Positions 14,901 through 29,100 of a stretch of DNA of 64,000 nt are shown one piece after another. Position 1 is the stretch's first letter. The number at the start of each line of letters is the position of its first letter. The DNA lies in contig JBITNC010000001.1 in NCBI GenBank assembly GCA_050084985.1, positions 3,224,001 to 3,288,000 of the forward strand. The letters are read 5' to 3'. The notes below the pieces were generated by a model. It worked only from the letters and a program-made list of their open reading frames with translations. It made no database searches and was not told the DNA's origin. The DNA is from Nageia nagi (Eukaryota > Plantae > Pinophyta). Both the position numbers and the translations under genes were made by a program.

Positions 14901-17900
14901 AAGCTTAAAACACTTGTTTAATATGTACAATATGTTCTTCCCAAGTAGAACTATAAAAAAGATTATCATCTAAGTATACAACAATAAAACAATCAATAAA
15001 TGGATAAAGTACATCATTCATTACCCTCATAAAATGTGGTTGGTGCATTACACAAAACAAATGGTGAAACAAGCCACTCAAATAGAACTTATCTTATCTT
15101 AAAATTAGTCTTCCAAATTTCCTCCTCCTTGATTTGAACTTGGTGATATCCATTCCTCAAGTCCAATTTTGTAAATAATCTTGTTGCTTGCAACTAATCC
15201 AAAAGATCATCTATTCGAGGCAAAGGATAGCAATTTTTTTATGGTGATTTTGTTAATTTATCTATATTCAATTCACATTATCCAAGTTTGATCCTTCTTA
15301 GGAACCAAAATATTAGGTAATACATAAGGATATGTACTTGGTATGATCACACCTTGATCAACCAACTCTTGAATCTGCCTCTTTATCTCCCCATGCTCCA
15401 AAACTAATTATTGATACAAAGCTATGTTGGGTAATGAAGCATCAGGTAACAACTATATATCATGTTTTATATCCCACATAGGAGGTAATCCCTATGTCTT
15501 TACAAATAAGTTAGTAAACTCTTGAACTAAATTCTACATTTTTTTCTCTCTATTGCACATCACTAACAACCTACATTCAATATTGCATGCCATTGATAGT
15601 GTGAGATTCACCTCACCTGAGGCTCTTGTTTTCACCATGATTAGAATAAATTTTTTAGAAGCATTCACAAGATATTGTACCTTACTAGTAGTGACCAAAG
15701 GTAGGTTTTTTCTACTTTTATGTGCACTAGCTAGAAACACTTTTCCATCTTTCACCAATCAAAATTTATTCAATCTTTTGTAATAGATACCATATCTATC
15801 CCACATATAAGGGTTACTAAGAATAATACCATAAATGTCTAAAGGAACAACATCTACCTTAAATTCATCAATGTACTTTACACAAATAGCAAATTTCAAC
15901 TTACATTGCTTAGTGACTTGCAAACTAGCATTGCGATGCACCCAACCCAAAGGATATGGATTTGGATGGTTGAAAGTTTTCAATCCCAAATTACTTACCA
16001 TAGTCTTTGAAATCAAATATTCTTGAGAACTCAGATCAATAATGCAATCTACTTTGGTTTTTTTTAATTTGGATTTTGAAGTGGAACAATTGAATCCTTT
16101 GTTTTTCAATGTCTTGAGGTTCTTCAACTTTTGAATGGTTGAACAATTTATTTTCTTATCAACATCTAAACTTCTCTCAATATCTTTGCATTAAGTACCA
16201 TAGCATTAGTTTTTTCCTTATTATTATGCTTATGTGGACATAATTTTGGATGTAATTTTTAACATTTATCATCAACAATGTTTATCACAATGACTACAAT
16301 TCTTGTTATCACCTTCTTTCTTTGAAATATTAGTGGTGTTAGTTTCTTGCTTACCTTTGCCTTTATTTTAATATTTGCCTTTCTCTTGTACTACCCTTGA
16401 ATTATAAGCCTTCTTGGATTCATCATATTGTCTCCTTGCTTTACCATACTCCTCTAAGTATTATGCTTACATACACACTTGATCAAGATTAGTAGAATTA
16501 AACAACATGATATCTTTTGCAAATGATTATGTAAACCTCCAATGTACTTCATTAAAGTTTGCATATATTGTAGTGAAATCCTAAGCAAAGTAGCCTATTT
16601 CCTAAATTTTATAATGTATTCTTGAACATTTTTCCCTCTTTTTTGTCTAAAATATTTCCATTTCATCAATTATTTATTATGATTTTCTAATGGATAAAAT
16701 TGATCTCGTAACAACTCCTTAAATTCATTCCAAGAAGATATTTTTGATAAGCATTCATGATTAAGAGTTTATACATGGCTTTCCACCAAACTAAAGCATG
16801 TCCACTCATATTTAATCTAGAAAAATAGATTTTATCAACATCATTTACAACACCATGAATTTAGAAATAAACCTTAAATTGTTCACCTTTTCCACATCAA
16901 CCTCTCCTCCAAAAGTAGGAATGTCCACTTTGGTTTCCACCTTGAATGGAACTTCATTTGATGAAGATGATAAATTAGGTATCCTAACTACATCATGATA
17001 TATCTGATTGACATTTATATTTACTCTAGTATGTAAACTTAACCAACTGAGCCAAATAGTTCTCCATTACCAAAAATCTCCTTTCAAAATTAGCATATAA
17101 CATGGTACAACTAGTAGACTATTACTCCTCTGCATTATCCATTTATATCACTTTGTACCTTTGACCAATCTCTAGATCCTCTAGAATCAACTCTAGTCTT
17201 TGAGATATCCTCCCAAATATTAAAAAAACACATAGGTAGCAGTGTGAAATTCTTAAAATTTTAACCCTAAATTTTATGTACAAAGCTCTAATACCATGTG
17301 ATATATAATTAATGGATGCTTATAACATACTCAGATCCTCACTTAGATATTTGAATGAAAATTATTCACCATTATGAGATCATAAATTGTATATAAAATT
17401 CAAAATTTTCTCAATGTAAATCATAAAACACTAGCAATTTCAAACACACAATAAGATCGACACAATGATTTACCATGGTTCACCAAATATGGGCTAATCA
17501 AGCATGAAATTGGAGGTTTCTCTTTTCATTGTCTATAAAAAATATAATATTACATACATAGAGAAATACCATATATAAAATGGTAATACAATCTCCTTAC
17601 AATTACTGCAATCTCCTATAGCAAGAAGAAAAAAGCAATATCATAACTACAAAATTTTGAAATGAATCATGGTCTTCTTTCAAATCTCACTCCCAAAATC
17701 CTACAACTCTCCATTCTCCCTATGGAATCAAAGAGTAGCATTCTCCTTAAATAAGCTTGGAATCATCTCTAAGATGCTAATTGAAGATACTTAACCTCTT
17801 AGTTTCCTAAAACATTGATGTTCCTTCAACTTCCCTTATTCACTCATCAAGGTGCACATTGTTAACAAATTGAATACAATATATCATTTTGTTGGTGATG

Positions 17901-18016
17901 TGGTTTTGTATGTTGATAACTCCATATTTTAATCTTAAACCTATCTCCAAGAACATATACCTTTGGAATGAGTACTACTCCTATAAATACAACCTAACAT
18001 GATCTAATTCTGATCA
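11918..18016 (-). mobile_element. Full-length degenerate Ty3/gypsy LTR retrotransposon
   Basis: LTRs at ~11918-12590 and 17299-18016. PBS TGGTATTAGAGC at 17285-17296. Domain order gag-PR-RT-RH-IN. Possible TSD AATTA/AATTG. Confidence 0.9.
12630..17150 (-). pseudogene. Ty3/gypsy gag-pol pseudogene
   Basis: Protease (DCIIDLSSQ..HPNPYPLGW), RT region (VVYLDD at ~14965-14985), RNase H (SAPMLALPNLQKPFKVEIDASDYA, YPTYDKEIYALV), integrase (IVLDRDSKF, FHPQIEGQTKVVNR). Disrupted by stops and frameshifts. Confidence 0.9.
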
Positions 18017-21000
18017 AATTGGGTGGTAATACAAATTGTAAGTTAGACTCCCTTTTCAATTATACTCAAAGTGACCAATTAGGGTTTAGATTTTTATGGA
18101 ACTTATGGCATAGTTATAGCAAATTCTAAAGAGTAATTATTACTCTTCTGATTGCTTATTAATGTTGTATGGATCCTTACTAGATCCTCTACATCATCCC
18201 CAGGAGTTCTGCACCTCCTTATAATTAGAGCATGAAATTATTTCATTTCGATAAGGAAGATGTGACTAATTACTAGGAAAAACTTTCCAATTAGTCAAAG
18301 ACTCTCTTGATGCCCAAAGCTTTGTAGTAGAACATAATTTATAGCTTCCATATGGCCAACATTGGTAGGGTTTTATCTTGGGAAAATTATACTTTTTTTG
18401 TTAATCTAACCACCACCAACTCATTAGAGTTGAAATAAAATGCAATCCATTAAATGGTTTGCTATATTGAATGGAAATATCATAGGAAATATTAAATTTT
18501 ACTACATTTTGTAAATATACTTTGTACTAGATTTTCTCATTCCTATTTCATCTAATAGGAACTTGATGTCCTAACACCTTTTTGCATCCTTAATTTGCAA
18601 TTAGTTCTTCTTTTGAGGTGGAAAAGTTACATCACTTTTTATGAAGTTTGAATATTATGGACATTTTAACTCAAGATATTTAGTAATAATCTTGTTTTAG
18701 GGTTTATTACTCTATATGTCATTGATTCATATCAATTGTAGTAAAAAATATGACACTTTCTCATGATTCAAAGTATTATGTTTTAGTACTTTAAAACACC
18801 TTCATAAAGTGTAAAATTTACAAACTAGTGCAATCTTATTGACCTTTAAAAAAAATATTTTATCCCAAGGTCACACTTGTCTACTCACCCTTGGTCAAAA
18901 GTTTTGATGTTCTTACCATGTCTTGATTAATAATACTCCTTATAGAATTTATAAATTTTCAAAGTTTAGAGGGGTTTATGGAAAACATACTTGGATTTGA
19001 AGTGGTACTGGTGTCCTTTTTTATTGTTACTTATTGAGAGGATATCAATTTTGAAGATGTTTTCCACCACATATCTAACAACTTCTAGCGTTCTTATTAC
19101 CAAACCTTGTTCTTTTAAATATTAATTCATTCTTTATCTTGGTTTGAACTTCAACATGCTTTGGATTACTACGTTTACTATAGACTTCATCAAGTAGTAG
19201 GTTTGATAGTTCTTATTATTCTATCATTGAATTTTACATATCCTTCAATTAGTTTTGAATCAATATGATATTTTTAAGGACTTGGGATGCATTTACATAT
19301 TCATTCTCTTGCGATGTATTTGCCTTGATACCATCATCCTAAATTCTTTGACTCAAATTATCCATTTACACTCCCTAATGTAGTAACAAAATCAGTCACT
19401 ATGCTTAAAAGGGCTAATTATTTATTTTTCTATCAAGAATTATTATTTACAATTTAACCAAAAGAGACTTTTTACATTTTCTTCTCAATAAGTTATTAGG
19501 ATTATGAGGTATTTATAGCTCTTCAAATGATGAGGTTTCATTATTATTTAATTTTTTCTTTACATTATTCCTTCTCTTCTTCAAAGAATCTTAAGTTTTA
19601 GCATATAGCATATTCTTACCGTAATATTCCTGTGTTACCACAAAAAGTAATGGTATTGTACATTTATTCCTTTTGTATTAAATCTATCCTGGACCACTTT
19701 TAAAAGTTTTTACAGTGCTCCTTTTTCTTTTTTCTTTTTTCATTTTCCCTATATCATGGGTGTTTGACTAAAATTATGTAGGCCATAAGATTTTCATTCC
19801 CTATGAGGTGTTTTAGTTAACTATTTCTTTATTAACATATCCTTTTTACCTTTGACCCTTCATTATCTCATATTTACGACTATCATCACAATTCATTTCA
19901 TAAGTAACCTAATTTTAGGGTAAAGCACCTCCTATACCCTAATGAACTTTTCCTTTTCTTTTAAATATTTACTTTATTATCAAATCTTTGATAGTACTCC
20001 ATTAAATTGTCACCTTACGATTTAGTTGTTTGATGAGATAGTATGCCCTATAATTAGATGACTTTTCCTTATTCTAGTGTTTTATTCACACCTCTAGGGC
20101 TAATATCTATTAATAAATATGTTCCTCTTCATTTCTTGAGTAATAGTGTTGAGAAATTTTAATTGTCTTATCTAGGTACCTTTAGTAAGGATATAGAGGT
20201 ACAAACTTATAGTGCTTGCACCTTGCCTAGAATGTTTATATATTTTTTCCTTCTTTCAATGGGGTAAGTAAAGTTCCTCATGAGTATCCATTCAATCCTA
20301 TTTCTAGTACAATATGGGAGATACAACCTTTTTACACCTTAAGGGTATCATCCTAATTCTTAATTTTCATCTTTATTAGGTTATCCTATATAAGTAATAC
20401 TCGTTCCCTAGGGTATAGTTCAAATATTTTCCATTCAAGATTAAAGAGATTAGCTTACCCCTAATATTTGACATTATCATAATGTCATTGCTTGCCACTA
20501 TTGAAATGTATAATGTATTATTGTAAAGGTTGTATTAAATATTCTATGTAAATTTACTAATACTTAAGGGTATCATTTGATACCTTAAGTATTTAAGTGA
20601 ATATGATAATGTAACTTGTCCTACACTCCATATCATGAGCATGCCCCTTGGGTAAAAGGATGTGCATGTCATGCTTTTTTACATTGAATAAAAGGGTGAT
20701 CCAAAGAGGGATTTTGGCCTATAAATAGAAGGATCCCTCTTTGTGATCACACACCAAATTGTGGAGTAAAGTTATGCTATAGGATAGAAGTGTAGGAGTT
20801 GAAATTAGAAAGATTGTAAGAGAGTTGTATTTATGATTGAAGTAAATATCTAGTTAGTGGATGTACTCCTAGTTGGAGGAACCACTTTACATCTTGTGTT
20901 GTGAGATTGCTTTATGAGTTTGTTAGATGTAATTGTGAGTTTTCATGTGATCTTGGTTAATTAGAAATTATCTTGTTAGTGTTAGTTCCTTTAAATTGGT

Positions 21001-21075
21001 ATCAAAGCTAGGTTTGGAAGCTCTTATTCTTGGTGTGGAAGCTCTTCTTCTTGAATCAAATAGAAGAATCTTTTT

Positions 21076-24000
21076 TACCCAAATACATTCTTGATGGTTC
21101 CAACTATGAGATTTGAGAACCACATATGAGAGATAAATTGCTAGCAAGGAATCTATGGCAAACAATGAATGAGAACCTTGTACCTCCTATAAATGAGAAG
21201 GCACTAGAAGTTTACAACACAAAGAATGAGTTGAAAACCTCTATGATTTACCATGCAATTCAAATGATTTGCTTCTGATGATATCCTCTTTAACCTAAAC
21301 AAAGGAAGCATAGGATAAGCTTAAACAAATCTACCTTGGTTCAAACTTTTTAAAGAAGGTTTACCATTCTCTAAAAATTTGATTCAATCATATCAAAGAG
21401 AAATGAAAATGTGGCTAACTACTTGAACAAAATCATTGATCTAAGAACCCAAATTATTGCTTGTGGGTGCAATTAGATCAATGATTGGTTCATATTATTC
21501 ATCATTATTCTTTAAAACCTTTCTTCAAAGTTTGAAAACTTTGTAATAGTTTGAAGAAGTCTTCTCCCTTGAGAACTTTTTGAGGCACCCTTTTTTAATG
21601 AAAATCTTATCCTTGATTCATTCTTTATCATCTAATTGGATTGTTGATTCTAGTTGCATTAATAACCTTTGCTTTGAAAAGAAAAAGTTTAAAAACTTTC
21701 ATAAGTACAAGATGCAATTATGATAGGTGATAAATCTACCTTGAAGTTCAAGGAATTAAGAGTGTGTTGATTCATGAGAAGGTTATTGACAATGTTCTCT
21801 TTATTCATAAGCTTAGGATAAACCTTCTCTCTATGATCAAAGTTACTAGAAAATGGTACTCGTTTGAGTTCAACTCTCTATCATGATGCATAAAATATGG
21901 ACTTGTCACATTAGTTAAATGGTCAATGAAAGATAACCTCTATATTATGGATCAAGTACCATCAATGATATGTCTTGCTTCTAATGTGTGTTCTAAAGGT
22001 AATATTTGGCATCATCATTTAGGGCACCTTAACCACAAGAGTATTCAAGTCATAAAAGACCAAGAACTTATGGAATGCTTGAATTCAATTTCTCCATCAA
22101 TTGGTCTATGTGAGAAGTGCATTCTTAGAAAGATGCATAGACAAAAGTTTGAAAAAGATAAGGTAATAAGAGCATCTCAACCTCTTCAACTTGTGCATTC
22201 AAATTTGATGGGTCTATTTTAGACTAACTCACTTGGAGGAGCATCTTCTTTACCTTTATTAATGACTTTAGTAGGATGACCTTTGGTTATCTACTTGAGG
22301 ATCAAACCTTTGAAAGTTTTAAGGCTTTTAAGGCCTTTGTTGAAAATTAGACTAACCTTAAAATCAAGATGTTGAGATCAAATAATAAGGGAGAATATAA
22401 CAACAATGAGTTTAATGGTTATTATGCTATATATGGAATCAAGAGGCAATTTACAATTCCATACACTCTTTAATAGAATGGTGTTACCGAAAGAAAAATA
22501 AAACAATTATGGAGATGGCTAGATGCATGTTGGGTAATCTTCCTAAATTCTTGTAGAGTGAATCCATGAGCATTGCTATTTACACCTTGAATAGGTGTCC
22601 CACAAAAGCCATTCAAAGAAAAACTCTTTTTGAGGCATGGTTAGGAAGAAAACCTAACACTTCACACCTTAAGGTGTTTGGTTATGAAGCATTCTCTTAC
22701 ATTGTTTCTAATAAAAGGAAGAAATTAAACAAAAGAGTTAAAAAATGCATCTTTGTGGGTTATGATAATCAGCATAGAGGCTAGAAGCTTTACTCTCCAA
22801 CCTGTAAAGTAGTATTCATTTCTAGGAATGTAAAGTTAAATAAACTTCTTTAAGAATCTACTTCTAATGAGGATGTTAATGATCTAGAGGACTCTTCAAT
22901 TTCTCCTAGTTGGTTGGATATTGATATAGACAAGTCACCTTAGGAACAAAATTATCCAACACAAAGGGTAACTAGGAGCATGAGCTTGAACAAATTCTTA
23001 ATTACCAAGATTAATAACAACCATGAGCCCTCAACCTTAAAAGAAGCTTCTAAGCAAGAGTGTTGGATGGAAGCCATGAAAGTGGAGTATGAGGCACTTA
23101 TAAAAAATAAAACTTAGGACTTGGTTCCTTATCCCAATGATAAGAATGTGATTGGTAATAAATGGATCTACAAGGTCAAGTTTAATTCAGTTGGAGATAT
23201 TGAGAAATACAAGGCAAGGTTAGTAGCTAAAGGTTTTGCTCAAAAATATGGTATAGATTATGAAAAAACCTTTGCTCCTATATAAAATATGCCTACTATG
23301 AGAGTAATTCTTGCTCTTTCTATAGCTCAATGATGGAAATTTTTTCAACTTGATGTTAAGAGTGCATTTCTCAATGGTGACTTAGATGTAGAAGTCTTCA
23401 TGAATCAACCAGAAGGGTTTATTATGAGAGGCAAAGAGTCCTTTGTGTGCAAGCTAAAGAAGTCTTTGTATGGACTTAAGCAAGCACCTAAAGCTTGGTA
23501 TAGAAAGATTTTAGGGCATTTTGCAAATATTGGATTCTCCAAGTGTTTTTTTGACTCCGATCTATATGTGCTCAATCAAGGATAAGATGTGGTATTGATT
23601 CTTATTTATGTGGATGATATTTTGATTACTAGGAATAATGATGAAATCTTTTAATATTGCATATCCAAACTTAAGACAACATTTGAAATGATTGATCTTG
23701 GTCTCTTACACTACTATCTTGGAATGAAAATGTATCAATACAAGGATTGTACTTACCTCAGTCAATCTAAGTATATATCAGACATCTTGTAGAAGTTTGG
23801 AATGGAGGAGTGTAGATATGTTATAATCCTAGTCTCTCTTGGAATCACTATTTCTCTAAGCTCCAACTCTCAGTTAGTTGATGGTACAGCTTGTAGATAA
23901 TTAATTGGTAGTATTTTGTATTTGACTATATCCAAGCTAGATATTACTTTTACAGTGAATTTGATGGCACAGTTCATGCAAAAACCATATGTTAAGCACC

Positions 24001-24560
24001 TTAATGTTGTTAAAAAAATCTTGAGGTATGTTATAGGGACTAAGGATCTTGCTCTCAAGTATTCCAAGTTTTCCTCATTTGTTCTCTCTAGATTCTTAGA
24101 TATTGACTATGGGGGAGATATAGATTACAAGAAGTCAACCTCTATATATGTGTTTAGAATTGGTTTAGGTGTTATCTCTTGGGCTTCTAAGAAGCAACCT
24201 AGTATTTCTCTTTCCACCATAAAAGTTGAATATCATGCCATGTCTGTTATAGCTTAGGAAGCCATTTGGCTAAGGCATCTTATGAAAGAAATTGGGTATG
24301 AGCAAGGTGGCTCATCTTTGATCTCTTTAGATAATTAGTTAGCTATTTATTTAGCTAATAATCTAGTGTTCCATTAGAGAACAAAACATGTGGAAATCCA
24401 TACCCATTTTATCAGCAAGAAGGTTCTTGATGGCATCATATACCTAGAGTATTGTCCATCCACATTGAACTCTACTGATTTATTCAACAAGCCCCTCTTG
24501 AAAGCTTAGTTCTATAAGCTTAAGAATGCTATCAAGTTGGTGAAGTTGCCCTCAAGGGAG
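21076..24560 (+). pseudogene. Ty1/copia polyprotein pseudogene (gag-PR-IN-RT-RH)
   Basis: Motifs [72 protein letters not shown]. Many premature stops. Confidence 0.93.
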
Positions 24561-24714
24561 AGTGAAGTTTGAATTCTTATGTTGAATTCATGTTTGTGAT
24601 GACAACTTCACCCCTAGGAGGATTTTATGTTGTATAGTGATGATTTTATTGTACACCTTCATGGTAAGTTCTCTCTACATGAGGAACTTGTTGTACAAAT
24701 TGACTAATCTTGCA

Positions 24715-25023
24715 TTTTCCAATTATCCATATGTGAGGAACTCTTATGTGTCATTTGGCACTATTTAGTTATCCATATGTGAGGAACTCATATGTGCATG
24801 TTCTATTTTGATATAACACTATTCAGTTATCCATATGTGAGGAACTCTTATGTGTCATTTGGCACTGTTCAATTATTCATATGAGAGGAACTCGTATGTG
24901 CATGCTCTATTTTTGGTCAATCTAGCACTATTCAGTTATCCATATTTAAGGAACTCTTATGTGCCTTTTGACACTATTCAGTTATCCATATGAGAGGAAC
25001 TCATATGTGCATGCTATATTTTG
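24715..25023 (+). repeat. Tandem repeat in copia 3' UTR, 6 units alternating ~46 and ~58-63 bp
   Basis: The core TTATCCATATG(T/A)GAGGAACTC(T/A)TATGTG is repeated six times with two alternating tails. Confidence 0.9.
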
Positions 25024-26149
25024 TAATAATAATCAACACATGTTTTATATACAACAGGTGATTATAATTTTTTGGGTATGGCATCTACATGATGACTTAT
25101 AGTGCGCCATTGATCAGTTCATGATGGCATTTGTGTGATTCATATATCTTTTTTGATATAAATATAATGAATCTAACTAATCTTATTATTTGAGCTACTT
25201 ATGACTTGTAGGTTCTTTTGAGATTGTAGGTTACTTACCTAAGGTATGCAGGCTCTTAGAGACTCTTCATGACTTCCAGTTGGATGACTACTTCATGTAC
25301 ATTGAAATCAATTGTGGTTAATGATTGTATTTGGCAAACTAGTGAGTCTCAAACTAGATCTTCCTTACTTCACAAATACGTAAAAAGTTCTCATCTCCAT
25401 TGTATCTGTTTGGAGGAGAACTCTCTTACTTTCTCTTCTTCTTCTCTCTTACTCGCTCTATCCCAATACTGCATTAAGGGGGAGTGTTGGAATGTATAAT
25501 GCATTATTGTAAAGGTTGTATTAAATCTTCTATTTAAATTCACTAATACTTAAGGGTATTATTTGATACCTTAAGTATTTAAGTGAATATGATAATGTAA
25601 CTTGTCCTACACTCCATGTCATGAGCATGCTCCTTGGGTAAAAGGATGTGCATGTCATGTTTTTGTACATTGGATAAAAGGGTGATACAAAGAGGGATTG
25701 TGGCCTATAAATAGAAGGCTCCCTCTTTGTGATCACATACCAAATTGTAGAGTAAATTTATGCTATAGGATAGAAGTGTAGGAGTTGAGATTAAGAGGAT
25801 TGTAAGATAGTTGTATTTGTGATTGAAGTAAAGATCTAGTTAGTGGATGTACTCCTAGTTGGAGGAACCACTTACATCTTGTGTTGTGAGATTGCTTTAT
25901 GAGTTTGTTAGATGTAATTGTGAGATTTCATGTGATCTTGGTTAATTAATAATTATCTTATTAGTGTTAGTTCCTTCAACCACAATGAGGGCAAGTTGCT
26001 AAATGCTCTAATGAGTCATGGGGGTGCCACAAGTCGATTCCACAAAAATAAATTTAATTTAGATTTTCCATTATCAAATTGATCAACTTTTTCAACAAAA
26101 ATTCATGGACTGTAGGCTCGAGAGTTTGAACATGAAGATTTGATACCAA

Positions 26150-29100
26150 TGTAATGAATCCTCCTACTGATTTCAATGTAATGCTTCTCATGAACCCTAT
26201 TTCCAACTTCACAAACCTTAAAAATTTAGGCCTATTTTTTTTAATTAAACACTCGAATGGTCTAAGAATGGAAAAGGTGATCCACATGAGCATTTCAACA
26301 CTGCTAGCTAGTTAGCACCCATATGGTAAGAATTGGTTAGATCTAGAATAACCAACCCTGATTGAAAACTTTTTGGTGTTCACTTCTCAATGCTCATTCC
26401 ATTGGAAGATGCCACATACATGACCCACCATTCCTGTCCATGAACTCTACAAAAAATTTTTTGGTCATGATGTTGTGGTTTTCTACTTAGGGCCCATATG
26501 ACCCAAGAGAATGCTCATCCACAAGGTTAAACATATTCACACAATGTATGTCCCTCTTATTCATAGATGTAGAGAGATTTTGTTAGGAAATCTTCCATAT
26601 GAAATAGGTAAGTATCATTTCCTATGGAATAGTCATCATACTCCTATTTTCTTAACCATAGGAAGTATGACTAAGTTACCTTCACTTGATAACTACAATT
26701 TTTTCAACTGCTACCCTCATATGGAATTCTATCTAGAATATGAGATACTAGTCTTCCCATATATATCAGCTAGGATAGCCATGGTATCTAGAATCCCCTT
26801 GCCCATATCTTGGTGAGCCATGGGTATTAGTATAATACCTTTGAGTGGTTTGTTTAGTCTAATAAATTCCATTATTAATCATGTATGATAAATTAAAAGC
26901 AATAATTCATTAAACGGGTATAAGATGTTTAGAGCAAGCTTATTCATGAAGCCAACAAAGAATATTCAACCATAATTGTCTCATATGCACAATGCAAAGG
27001 AAGAGCATTACTTTAAAAGTAGAACATATGTAGAGAATAATAACGAGTCCTGATATACTTAAAAAGTGGCTACTTCTAGCAAGGAAATGCGATGTAGAGT
27101 ATAACTTACTCAAGGGGTCATTTCTTATCTTTTTCAAACCCAAGATAACTATGTTTTGTCTAGTTTTTCCTTCTAGTATCAAAGTCCTAGACACTTTATA
27201 ATCAATCAATACTTGTCTAGATTATCTAGACATATCATTTTGGTTAATCCCAATCAGTTAAGGTCATAATTACATATTCAACTAGTTATCCTTCGTACAT
27301 AAGGGATGTCCTACCACATTAAATAAGTATGAACTAACTTCATTCTAATTTTAAATGTACAACACTAAGACTAATAATTTTGATCACTTATGTTGATTCT
27401 TTGACATGGACCATTCTTTTATTCATTTATTTGGAAACCTTTTCTCTTCATATTGTTGCTAATAGTAGCATTCACCATGTTAATAAGTCATCATGGTTTT
27501 GACTTCTTTATTTTAGGTGTGTAATCCAATAATAGCCCATCCTTGTCTTTTTATTTATTGGATAATAGATTTGAACTTTTGATTGCAATTAATAAACTAT
27601 TTGTATCTTACAAGGTCTTCTTCACCTTTAATGTATCATGATCCTAAACAATGTTTACTAATGAACTTTAGTTCTATTTTTACTTTGATCCTACATTCAC
27701 ACCATCCAATTTTACTTTAAAGTTTGCAATCTTAACCTTGTGAATCAATACTCTAAGTTCATAAATGAAGTTTATTTAATACATTAAGAAGTTATATTCC
27801 TATAAACTTTTTAACCTTGATCATGTTTTGAATATGAGGTATATCAAAACTTCATTGTTTGTAAAAGAATAGAATATATTATATGATTCATATGCCTTTA
27901 CTTTTGTAAATAAGGTATCTTATTAATTCACCCAACAAGGAATTACATTACACCCAGTATGATCATAACCATGGATTGTGTTCATGTTAGGAATACATAA
28001 TATCTTCCACGAGTCATGGTTCCTTCATACATGGTGTGTCAAATTAGGGTTTTTTATTACTGTACAATTTGTAATAACCCTATTTACATAAGTATTATCT
28101 ACTCTAAAAGGGTTCTTCATCATCATCATTATCATTTGATGAGTCTCCATCCATCTATCTTGAACTCAATCATGCATTTGACCAAATGAACCATGACTAT
28201 ATGGTATCAAGTACTAGGATTTAGTAAGAGTTTATGAGGATCAAGAAAACTCTTTTATTTATGAGATGCATCCTACCCTAGATTTGAACATATCATACAA
28301 TTCTATTCAAGCAATACTCCATATTGATCTCAATATAATTTGGGCTCAATAGAGACTACCTATCTTCCTCGATCATGGAGACGATTAAATATCCTCATGC
28401 ATCATCCCAATCCATATCACTATTCAAAATCTCAAGAAATTTCACTCTAAACAATACTCCATTTCATATCTCAATAGGTTCTAGGTATTATCAAAAGACT
28501 ACCTATCTCCTTAATCTTGGAGTCAAGTGAAAGCATCATGCATCATTATTCATAACATAGGGAGAACCTTCCACACTCATAATACCAAATCTGGTCAAAA
28601 TATACTAAATTGTTTCGATCCAGAAAATGGAAAGTAATATCCCATTTTTTATCTTCAAAAGATTTATACTTCCTATTTTCATCATTGTTTAAGAAAAATC
28701 ATAGTTATAAATACTATTTGCATTATCTACTTCTGAAATCATCCTTTCACACATCTCACATATTGCATTATGATCAAAAGAAACTTTAGTGTAAACAGCC
28801 AAATGTAGATATTTTCTTATTCCATGGAAACACAACCATTTTTATGTAACAAGATCATTAATAATCTTAATAAAATTTTTGCAAGTGTCACAATCATGTA
28901 TTCAAAATATTTTCAATAAATTTTTCCCTTATGTAATTAAAGGTTCATTCATGAGAACTTCATATTTAATAATTTTGAAACTTTGTTAGTACCTTCGTAA
29001 TAAATAAAGCAATTTATAAGGTGGTATCCTATACCACCAAGATCTATGAATTGTTTGACAAAATACCTCATTGAAATGATGGCATGGTATGACCCAACAC

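Larger units (their letters stand above)
20499..25978 (+). mobile_element. Full-length degenerate Ty1/copia LTR retrotransposon
   Basis: LTRs 20499-20993 and 25485-25978 (~495 bp, highly similar). PBS TGGTATCAAAGC at 20997-21008. PPT AAGGGGGAG at 25476-25484. TSD GCCAC/ACCAC. Confidence 0.95.
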
